From positions 1,487-65,486 of the forward strand of contig CAJAQL010000029.1 of NCBI GenBank assembly GCA_903944135.1: a stretch of 64,000 nt of DNA. The letters are read 5' to 3'. Positions 56,647 through 64,000 of this stretch are shown here, piece by piece. The stretch comes from an uncultured Parcubacteria group bacterium (GTDB taxonomy: Bacteria > Patescibacteriota > Minisyncoccia > UBA6257 > 2-01-FULL-56-20). The translations under genes were made by a program, and so were the position numbers. The notes beneath the pieces were generated by a model. The model made no database searches. It was not told the origin of the DNA and saw only the letters and a list, made by a program, of their open reading frames with translations. Within the stretch, counting starts at the first letter, position 1. Every line of letters begins with the position of its first letter.

Positions 56647-58248
56647 ATGCCACGAAAATTTTTATGGGTTGCGGCAATGGCGGTTGTGGTGACGGTCGGT
56701 ATGCTTTCTGCAAACGGCGTTGCCTATGCGGTGGTTCCGACGCTCAGTCAAACGAGCGTTACGGTCGGCATCGGGCAGTCGCTTACGATCACGTCGGAGA
56801 ACAATAATAGCGTGTATGTGGATCTGAATTCCGCACCTACCATTGCCTCTGTCTCGGCGAATGGAACACAGATCACGGTTACGGGACAGGGACTTGGATC
56901 GTCGACCATCACGGTTTGTGCGGTTGGTACGGCTTCGGACTGCACCGTCTTCGCCGTCACGGTACAGGCCACAAGTGCATCGAAGATATCATTCAGTCAA
57001 AATAATTTTTCTTTATCAGTGAACAGCAACCAATCGGTGACCCTTTCTGGCGGCAATGGCGCTTATACGATATCGAGCAATTCCAATACAAGCGCCGTTT
57101 CACTGGGTCTGTCGGGTACTGCACTTACCGTTTCCGGATTGGCCGCCGGCAGCGCCACGATAACGGTCTGCGACACATCAAATACCAATACCTGCGGTAC
57201 GCTTTCGGTCACGGTCATTTCTTCCGGTTCTTCCAGCTCATCCAGTCTTTCTTTCAGTGAGAACAATATTTCTTTGGTGGCGGGCAATAGCCAGTCAGTG
57301 GTCATCTCCGGTGGAAACGGGACGTACCAGATATCCAGCATTTCCAATCCGAGCGTTGTTTCCGCGGGTATGTCCGGCAGTAATATCACCGCAGCCGCCA
57401 CTGCCGCCGGCAGCGCCACGATAACGGTCTGCGATACATCGAATACCAATACCTGCGGTACGCTTTCGGTCACGGTGACGGGGTCATCGTCAACATCAAA
57501 CCAGATAATCGTATTCAGCGTGACAAATCCCACACTTGCGGTCGGACAGAGCCTGAACGTAAATATTTCTGGTTCTGCGCCGAGCTATTTCATTTTTTCG
57601 AATGCGAATGCGGGCGTCGCACAGGGAAACATGGCAACCGGCAACACGCTTTCACTTTCCGGCGTGAGCGCCGGAACGGATTCGATTTCGATATGTGCTA
57701 CGGGCGGCGCCGGGTGTCTTCCTCTTTCCGTGACGGTAACGGGTCCCGTGAGCACGCCTGTCGTTGCAACTGCTCCTGCGGTCACACCATCAACCACGCC
57801 AACCACGCCAACGACACCGACGGTGTCTGCGGGAACATCAGTCGCGAATACCGCGCTCCTTGCCGAGATCCAGACGCTCCAAACCGCAGTGACGCAGGTT
57901 TTAACCCAGATCCAATCGATCCAGACACAGATCAATCAGCTTGAGGCACAGGTGAACGCCGGCAGTGGGAGCGGCATCAGCACGAATGTGAGTGCGAGCA
58001 CCGCGACGAACATTTCATCAGGAACGTCAGGTGGTTTCACGGAACTTTTAACAGTAGGATCCCAGGATGCGCAGGTGACCGCGCTTCAGAATAAGCTTGC
58101 TGCGCTTGGATTCTTTTCCGGTTCCATAACCGGTTACTATGGAACGCTGACCCAGGAGGCGGTCATGAAATATCAGACCGCGCACGGCATCTCCGCAACC
58201 GGATCCGTTGGCCCGAGCACCCGCGCGGCGCTGAATGCAGGGGAATAG
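56647..58248 (+). CDS. Secreted repeat protein: three Ig-like (Big_2-type) repeats, TP-rich linker, coiled coil, C-terminal PG_binding_1 domain
   Basis: A ~60-aa unit (SGGNGAYTISS...ATITVCDTSNTNTCGTLSVTV) occurs three times, with a TPSTTPTTPTTPT linker. The C-terminus ...AQVTALQNKLAALGFF...GYYGTLTQEAVMKYQ is the PG-binding motif. Confidence 0.55.
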   Translation: MPRKFLWVAAMAVVVTVGMLSANGVAYAVVPTLSQTSVTVGIGQSLTITSENNNSVYVDLNSAPTIASVSANGTQITVTGQGLGSSTITVCAVGTASDCTVFAVTVQATSASKISFSQNNFSLSVNSNQSVTLSGGNGAYTISSNSNTSAVSLGLSGTALTVSGLAAGSATITVCDTSNTNTCGTLSVTVISSGSSSSSSLSFSENNISLVAGNSQSVVISGGNGTYQISSISNPSVVSAGMSGSNITAAATAAGSATITVCDTSNTNTCGTLSVTVTGSSSTSNQIIVFSVTNPTLAVGQSLNVNISGSAPSYFIFSNANAGVAQGNMATGNTLSLSGVSAGTDSISICATGGAGCLPLSVTVTGPVSTPVVATAPAVTPSTTPTTPTTPTVSAGTSVANTALLAEIQTLQTAVTQVLTQIQSIQTQINQLEAQVNAGSGSGISTNVSASTATNISSGTSGGFTELLTVGSQDAQVTALQNKLAALGFFSGSITGYYGTLTQEAVMKYQTAHGISATGSVGPSTRAALNAGE

Positions 58249-58369
58249 TCACGCAGAATTTGCAATAAAGGAAAATCATCGCCTGCTTTTGATGTTCAGG
58301 AATCCTTTCTCCATCTTCAGATTTTCGCTACGTGCAGAGCTCGCGGAATTGAATGGGGATGAAAAATGA

Positions 58370-59494
58370 TTATTGATATTGTATATAGCTTGGCTCCGGA
58401 CTTATCTTGAGCACTTCATCGGGCGTCATGAGATGGCCGGCAGCGACATCGTTTACGTAAAACAGTTTAAAACCTGTGAATTGCACAGGTTGGCTTTGGA
58501 TGAAGTTTTTATAGGTGCTCAACTTTTCCGCAGGGGTTCCAAAGCCATCCATATCCATCACGATCTGCACTTCGGGGAGCGGCGTGATGTTTTCGGCATT
58601 CGTCACCATGGCCTGCGTGAAACGATGGACGACGAGGATTTTCGGCGGCAGGTTGTTTTCCCTTACGATGTTCGCCAGATAGTTCGCCGCGTAATTGACG
58701 TCGGACGCATCCAGCATTCCGACCGCGGTTCCCGGTCTCTCTCCGTTGTGCATGGCGAATTCCGGATCTAGTGCAAGATGGACCTGCGGTAATTTAAGAT
58801 AGGGTTCAAGGAGGGGAAGCTCCGTCTGTACGTTACTGAGCCCAACCTGCAGATCAAGAAATACGATGCCATTGACCTGCGAAGCCATCTGGATGACCTG
58901 ATTGATCTGATCATCCGGCATGCGTGAACGGTAGTTGCCGTCGAATCCTGGAGTTCCCTGGGCGGAAACCGCGATATAGTCGAGCGCAGGGATCACGGGC
59001 GTCGCCGGGTCCGCCACCTGCCAATCCTTCACAGTATCCGAGAGCATCTGCAAGACCTGCGCTTGGGGATATTTGCCGAGCACACCCATCTGCGTTGAAT
59101 AGAGATTGCCATAGTAGGCAACGATGCGATTGAAGGGGAGAAGCGCTCCTGCATTGGGATAGACGGTCTTAACAGGCCAGCCGACCGGAGTTGTCGAAGT
59201 TGTTATGATGGTCGAGGTTGGCGTTGATGCGGTTCCTTTAACGATTTTTGTACTGGTGACCGTGGTGAGGTTCGCTATCTGGAGCAGTTTTGCATCGTAT
59301 GCCGCAGTATCTAGCCGCCCTGCCGTTGAAGCAGTGAGTTTCGATATCGATGTCGTTGCCTGTGTGGCGGGATCCGCGCTCTGAACCAAGATCGCGCGCG
59401 GTATTTTAACCAGCGCAACTATGCCAAGAGCGCAAAGGAAAACAAAACTTACTATGAATGAGGATTTGTTTTTTTTATCCATCTGTATCAGCAT
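58370..59494 (-). CDS. Secreted hypothetical protein (possibly a TIM-barrel glycoside-hydrolase-like domain)
   Basis: N-terminal signal anchor; no motif assigned with confidence. Confidence 0.3.
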   Translation of the reverse strand: MLIQMDKKNKSSFIVSFVFLCALGIVALVKIPRAILVQSADPATQATTSISKLTASTAGRLDTAAYDAKLLQIANLTTVTSTKIVKGTASTPTSTIITTSTTPVGWPVKTVYPNAGALLPFNRIVAYYGNLYSTQMGVLGKYPQAQVLQMLSDTVKDWQVADPATPVIPALDYIAVSAQGTPGFDGNYRSRMPDDQINQVIQMASQVNGIVFLDLQVGLSNVQTELPLLEPYLKLPQVHLALDPEFAMHNGERPGTAVGMLDASDVNYAANYLANIVRENNLPPKILVVHRFTQAMVTNAENITPLPEVQIVMDMDGFGTPAEKLSTYKNFIQSQPVQFTGFKLFYVNDVAAGHLMTPDEVLKISPEPSYIQYQ

Positions 59495-59631
59495 TTTCCA
59501 CTATTTTCGTTTTTTTTGCCAATAATTATCTTCTTGTTCCGGACTTTTGTGTAAAAAAAGCCCGCCGTTCGCATTTTGCTACTAAGGCGGGCTTTGTTTG
59601 CCTGTGCGGTCAAGTTTGGTTGGATGCCGGA

Positions 59632-59931
59632 TCAATCGATGATCATGGCGATGATCGCAAAGTCAGAAAATTCCAGGAGCATCACAAGTTCGCTTTCGCT
59701 CATGGTCTTCTGCAGGCCGGCGGCATGGATCTGTTTGCGGATCGCTTCCACATCTTCGGCGGGCAAGTGATTCTCTTTCGCGAGGCTCTTCAGCATGATC
59801 TCCGCAGCCTCCACGGATGCGGTTGGCCAGGGGCACTTTCCCTTCCTGAAATGGTGGAAATAGCCATGGGCTACATCCGGGGTGCAGTTGCATTTCTCGA
59901 ACCAGACTTTCTGTCCTTCTGTATTGGGCAC
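59632..59931 (-). CDS. Hypothetical protein
   Basis: 99 aa, with Cys/His near the N-terminus (CNC...H..HH...C). Confidence 0.3.
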   Translation of the reverse strand: MPNTEGQKVWFEKCNCTPDVAHGYFHHFRKGKCPWPTASVEAAEIMLKSLAKENHLPAEDVEAIRKQIHAAGLQKTMSESELVMLLEFSDFAIIAMIID

Positions 59932-60132
59932 GGGGTTCTCCTTTCAAGTGATCGCGAATCTATCGCGATCCAGCTGTTTGCAGCAAGCTTTTTGCGTAAA
60001 CAACTCTGCGCAAAGAATAATATATAATGTTTTAAGTGTCAAATATCAAAAAAGGCTTGTGTGAGCCGTTTTAAATAAGATAGTTCAATCATGCATTCCT
60101 GACGTTTAAGCGATCTATGCTATGATATTTAT

Positions 60133-60471
60133 ATGTTCGAGAAATTTCGAGAGTCAGAATTTTCAGAAACCGAGCAAGCGCTTATCGTGAAATTACGCGA
60201 GACGGGGCCGGATGATCCTGATGTCCGTGGTGCGCTTCTTTCATGGTGTAAAAATGAGGAAGCGAAAGTCGATGAGATCAACACTTCCCGTGCAAGCATC
60301 GAGTTCAATCTTAAGCGGGCGAAATTTTATCGCGCCGCAGGATATAATGACGATGCCCTGGAGAATCTCGAATCGGTTCGCGAAGCGGCCCACAACGAAG
60401 GCGCTGAAGATTTGTACAGCGAAGCGATGGCGATCATGAACGAGATCGATAACGAAAAACCGGAGAAATAG
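60133..60471 (+). CDS. Hypothetical acidic protein
   Basis: 112 aa; no motif. Confidence 0.35.
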   Translation: MFEKFRESEFSETEQALIVKLRETGPDDPDVRGALLSWCKNEEAKVDEINTSRASIEFNLKRAKFYRAAGYNDDALENLESVREAAHNEGAEDLYSEAMAIMNEIDNEKPEK

Positions 60472-60493
60472 ATCATGAGCGCAATTTTAAGAT

Positions 60494-61138
60494 ATGCCGC
60501 TTGAGCTTCTGTGTCTTTTGGTGATTTTTCTGGGGATTCCAACCCTCATTCGACTCAATATCATTTCCGTGGAATACCGACTGTTCTTTTTGTTCGGCGT
60601 CTTTGTGGTCATGGTCTTTTGGGGATTTTTCACGCTGACGCCTTTTGCCATGGGATTCACGAACGATAATTTCATTCACGGCTTGGTGCCATGGGGAGTG
60701 GCGACGTTTTTCATGCTTGCGTGCGCAGGAATCGCCGCGACATTCTTGAAGCATCGCCACGCTGAGGATCCTTTCCGCGACCCTCACTTCCTGTTTTTGT
60801 TCATACCGATCAGCATCGTCCAGCAATTTATGTATCAATCAGTTCTCCTTCAGAAGCTGTTGCAGGGGATCGGTCCATGGTTTGCCATTGCGATCTGTGC
60901 CTTGTGTTTTGGCTATATGCACACCGTCTTTCCGCGGCCAGGGCGCAATTTTGTGCTTGCAACGCTCGGCGGTGCACTATTCTCTTCGCTATTCTATCTT
61001 TATCCGAACTTTTTGCTTGCCAGCTTATCTCATATGGTTTTGAACTTTATCACGGTCTATCTGGGATTTTTCACGCTGCTTACGCCTGAAGGGAGACCGC
61101 GGGCTACAAAATTTCGTCCGATACGCCCGGAAAAGTAA
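60494..61138 (+). CDS. CPBP family intramembrane metalloprotease (CAAX protease/Abi-like)
   Basis: ...FGYMH... (FxxxH) and ...SHMVLN... (HxxxN) in TM helices. The upstream acidic motif is degenerate (QQ). Confidence 0.6.
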   Translation: MPLELLCLLVIFLGIPTLIRLNIISVEYRLFFLFGVFVVMVFWGFFTLTPFAMGFTNDNFIHGLVPWGVATFFMLACAGIAATFLKHRHAEDPFRDPHFLFLFIPISIVQQFMYQSVLLQKLLQGIGPWFAIAICALCFGYMHTVFPRPGRNFVLATLGGALFSSLFYLYPNFLLASLSHMVLNFITVYLGFFTLLTPEGRPRATKFRPIRPEK

Positions 61139-61153
61139 TTTCTGAACACTTTC

Positions 61154-61534
61154 ATGAAGTTCTACCGACAGGCAGGTCTTTATTATATCGTTTCCGCGCT
61201 CGCGTTCGTCGTAAATTTACTGATCTATGGATCTCTTATCTATTATTGTCATGTTTACTATCTTTTCGCGGCAATTTTAGGATTCGTCACGCAAAATGTT
61301 TTAGATTATGCAGGTGAACGGATGTGGGTATTCAATAGAACCCGCATACGGCCTGTGGTGGGCTATGCCCGCTCTCTCGGCGTAGCACTGACTATCTTGG
61401 CGTTTGTTCTTGCGTTAACTTATATAGGTTTCCATATTTTAGGATTGAACTATCTTTTTGCGAGAATATTTGCAGGGATCATCGCGGGCCTGATCAACTT
61501 TATCCTCGATAAAAAAATTACCTTTGTAGTCTAG
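61154..61534 (+). CDS. GtrA family membrane protein
   Basis: 126 aa with 4 TM helices and a C-terminal ...FILDKKITF typical of GtrA-like proteins. Confidence 0.7.
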   Translation: MKFYRQAGLYYIVSALAFVVNLLIYGSLIYYCHVYYLFAAILGFVTQNVLDYAGERMWVFNRTRIRPVVGYARSLGVALTILAFVLALTYIGFHILGLNYLFARIFAGIIAGLINFILDKKITFVV

Positions 61535-61782
61535 CGAAGAAGATCCGGCGCTTCCGGTTTTCATTTGACACCTTTCCGGGTTTTGCTACCATAAAATAGC
61601 AACCGAACATTTCATCATGAGCGCAGAGATGCCAAGGGATATGGCCCGATGCTCTGCCCGCAACCAGTCGAATCGTCGATCCGGTGCGAAATCCATCCCT
61701 TCACGGGAAAGATGTCCAACCAGACAGGACAACCGTGCAAGGGCGGTTGTTTTTGTTCTTTACCAATCCATCAGAGAGGAGT

Positions 61783-62121
61783 CGTATCGTGTCGTATGAA
61801 AAATATATCCTTCCGGGAAATCGGCCGCGGAGCTTGATCATCGGCGAGCATGATTTCCTGATCCAGGAGATTTCGGGTGGTGTTTTATTGCACGAGTTCT
61901 GCGACGGGAAGCTCGTTCGGGAAAAAAAGATCAAGGAGATTTCCGACGAAGAGGCTCGAACGCTCAAACGTTTGGGAAGTGCGGCAGGGGACGATCTTCC
62001 TCATTGTCTTTTCTTGGCGAGCAAGAAGTCGAGAGATTTTCTGGATAAGGCGACGGCATATCTGCGCCAATATCCGGAAATGCTCAGTGAGCGGGCAGTG
62101 TTCGACTTCTATGCATCGTGA
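61783..62121 (+). CDS. Hypothetical protein (GTG start assumed)
   Basis: ORF ...VSYEKYILPGNRPRSLIIGEHDFLIQEISGG...; the upstream part of the ORF-track call lacks a plausible start. Confidence 0.3.
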   Translation, partial: RIVSYEKYILPGNRPRSLIIGEHDFLIQEISGGVLLHEFCDGKLVREKKIKEISDEEARTLKRLGSAAGDDLPHCLFLASKKSRDFLDKATAYLRQYPEMLSERAVFDFYAS

Positions 62122-62287
62122 AAAAGAGATATGGTCTAAGGTGCGCGCGGGGAAATTCCTCCCGCGCCCTTTTTTATCCGGAACCTTTCTCAAGATTGCT
62201 CCAGCCTGCGTTGCGGAGTGTTTTGGAGACTGGTTTCAGAAAAAAGCCCCGACATTGCCGGGGCTTTTCAGTGAATTGCGGTACTGT

Positions 62288-62899
62288 TTATTGTTGTGCG
62301 GCGAAGGAATTTTCCGCAGGCGCGACATCGATGCCGATGGCAGGTTTTCGGACAATGAACAGATCGTGCTGTTGCAATTGTTCGATCGCTCGCCGCGCCC
62401 GATCTGCCCATATTGCTTCGTCGTCGGATCGATATTTCAGATAGAGGCGGTAGTGTTGTGCGGCCTTCCGCGCCTCTCCGATCTTCGCATAATCGATACC
62501 GAGATTGAAGTGGGCATTTGCATACTGCGGATCTTCCTGCAGGGCTTGCAGGTAATGTGCCGCGGCCTCCGAAGACATGTTCAACTCATCTAGGACGTTC
62601 CCGAAGTCGTAGTTCGCCAAGACGTTTTTCGGGTTGATGGCGAGCGCTTTGCGATAACATTCTGCCGCCATGGAAAAGTGTTTTTTGCGGAACAGGATCG
62701 TCCCTATGTTGATCCACGCGCTCGCGTTCCCTTGATCGTAGGTCAGCGTTTCATGATAGAGTTGAAGTGCTGACTTCATATCGCCGCTGTTTTCGGCGAA
62801 GACCCCGGAGCTGAAGCAGCATTCCGCGAAAGCTTGATCCGCTGTTCTTGACGACTCGAATTGGTAGAGGTTTCCCGTGACGCGTTCGATATGCCGCAT
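62288..62899 (-). CDS. TPR repeat protein
   Basis: Repeated 34-aa units with AxxYxxA...NP patterns (AAECYRKALAINPKNVLANYDFGNVL..., AAAHYLQALQEDPQYANAHFNLGIDY...). Confidence 0.8.
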   Translation of the reverse strand: MRHIERVTGNLYQFESSRTADQAFAECCFSSGVFAENSGDMKSALQLYHETLTYDQGNASAWINIGTILFRKKHFSMAAECYRKALAINPKNVLANYDFGNVLDELNMSSEAAAHYLQALQEDPQYANAHFNLGIDYAKIGEARKAAQHYRLYLKYRSDDEAIWADRARRAIEQLQQHDLFIVRKPAIGIDVAPAENSFAAQQ

Positions 62900-63142
62900 G
62901 GTTCGTTCCTCCCGTTGCTTTTTTTATCTTATAACCCCTTCGGAAAATATTCCAATTTGTATTGCGCGCCGAATATTCGGGTATGGGCCACATTGATTCG
63001 GGTGGAAATTCTTTGAATGTCGTTCCATCCTGCATACAATGCGTTTCCTTGTACATAGGATTTTTTCATGATAGAACTATGATAGTTTATCAGGCGTGGA
63101 TTGCATCCTGCTTGATCCGGCCAAATTTTTTGGGGGTGCCAT

Positions 63143-63796
63143 ATGCAAAGTCTTCAGGAACGGTGGTATGAACTGTGGGATCGAATCGATAGCCGAGGAG
63201 ATCCAAGCATTCCTTTGGAAGATCTGACAGATCGCTACAACGAACCGTGGCGGGCGCACCATACGCTTGCACATATCGAGGCGATGTTCGCGGATTTCGA
63301 TGAATTCCACAAATCGGAAGAGGCTCGTTCCATGGATGCTGATATTGTCCAGATGGCCATCTTCTATCACGATGCCGTCTACGATCTTAGGGCGAAAGAC
63401 AATGAAGAGAAAAGCATTGAGCTCTTTCGCGTGGTCGCCGAGTGGTCGAACTTCGCCGAAGATTTCACGGAGGGGGTCGCGCGCGCCATCCTTGCAACCA
63501 AGCATACCGAGCTTTCCACCGGCTTCAATTGTCGCGTTCTCTCTGATCTTGATCTTGCCATCCTCGGGAAACCGGAAGCGATATTCGATGAATATGAGCG
63601 GAGGATTCGCGAGGAATACAACTGGGTTTCGGAAGATCGATTCCGTACCGGAAGATTGGCGATCATGGAAGGGTTTCTTGGTCGGCCGTTCGTCTATGGC
63701 ACGCAGTTCTTTCGGGGGAAGTATGGGCGGAAAGCTCGCATGAACCTTCTCCGCTCCATTAAACAGCTTTCCGCTTCTCCGGAATCGGATCGTTGA
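63143..63796 (+). CDS. HD-superfamily-like hypothetical protein (COG4339-like, from memory)
   Basis: ...YNEPWRAHHTLAHIEAM... and ...AIFYHDAVYD... resemble metal-binding His/Asp motifs of predicted HD phosphohydrolases. Confidence 0.4.
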   Translation: MQSLQERWYELWDRIDSRGDPSIPLEDLTDRYNEPWRAHHTLAHIEAMFADFDEFHKSEEARSMDADIVQMAIFYHDAVYDLRAKDNEEKSIELFRVVAEWSNFAEDFTEGVARAILATKHTELSTGFNCRVLSDLDLAILGKPEAIFDEYERRIREEYNWVSEDRFRTGRLAIMEGFLGRPFVYGTQFFRGKYGRKARMNLLRSIKQLSASPESDR

Positions 63797-63901
63797 CAGG
63801 GGAAGATGGATGGGTCCCTATCGGCGGGCGCGACCAAAGGTCACGACCCGCCGTTTCTCTCTATTTTGTGTTCCTGCCCGTTTCTCTGTTAAAATAACAT
63901 C

Positions 63902-64000
63902 ATGAATCAGGGAAGAGAAAGGTTTTACGAAGAACTTTCCGCATTGAACGATGAGGGTGCTGCGCATGAGATGAACAGCGAGCTCAATAGCATGGGGAAG
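63902..64000 (+). CDS. Hypothetical protein, N-terminal fragment (runs off the window)
   Basis: ATG at 63902; open to the window end. Confidence 0.2.
   Translation, partial: MNQGRERFYEELSALNDEGAAHEMNSELNSMGK

Noticed and set aside
1-64000. CRISPR arrays / cas genes
   Set aside because: No regularly spaced direct repeats were found; the only dispersed repeats are the palindromic stem-loop units, which are irregularly spaced and lack spacers.

Overview
This 64 kb window looks like a chromosomal segment from a small-genome bacterium; GC, judged by eye, is about 55-60%, and many of the proteins are compact. About 60 CDS are supportable.

Housekeeping genes include recG, tuf + rpsJ, miaA, a compact metK, dinB, an RNase P RNA gene (rnpB), and tRNA-Lys(CTT), tRNA-Arg(TCG) and tRNA-Asp(GTC). 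There are two ABC-2 type transporters, two paralogous membrane metallophosphoesterases and an ECF sigma/anti-sigma pair. One group of genes (oleate hydratase, two CrtC/AttH-like proteins, a GT2 glycosyltransferase, a patatin, and a distant desaturase) points to lipid modification. A MerR-controlled redox cluster (mdaB, Zn-ADH, flavodoxin) is also present, along with many secreted proteins carrying PG-binding, Big_2, PKD, SIMPL or MltB domains. A SAM-I-like riboswitch precedes metK. A family of about 28-bp palindromic repeats occurs at seven loci, including a 70-bp in-frame insertion inside recG.

The most unusual feature is a sharply AT-rich ~3 kb island (32.4-35.4 kb) next to tRNA-Asp. It is a tight seven-gene operon: five tandem paralogous small HTH proteins with lysine-rich tails, followed by two different proteins that each end in an Rx4H (HEPN-like) motif. 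A promoter-bearing 54-bp segment flanked by perfect 15-bp inverted repeats sits just upstream. This looks like an undescribed HEPN-based defence or toxin module with an expanded array of DNA-binding partners.

All calls rest on ORF structure, motifs and recall of protein families; no database search was run.
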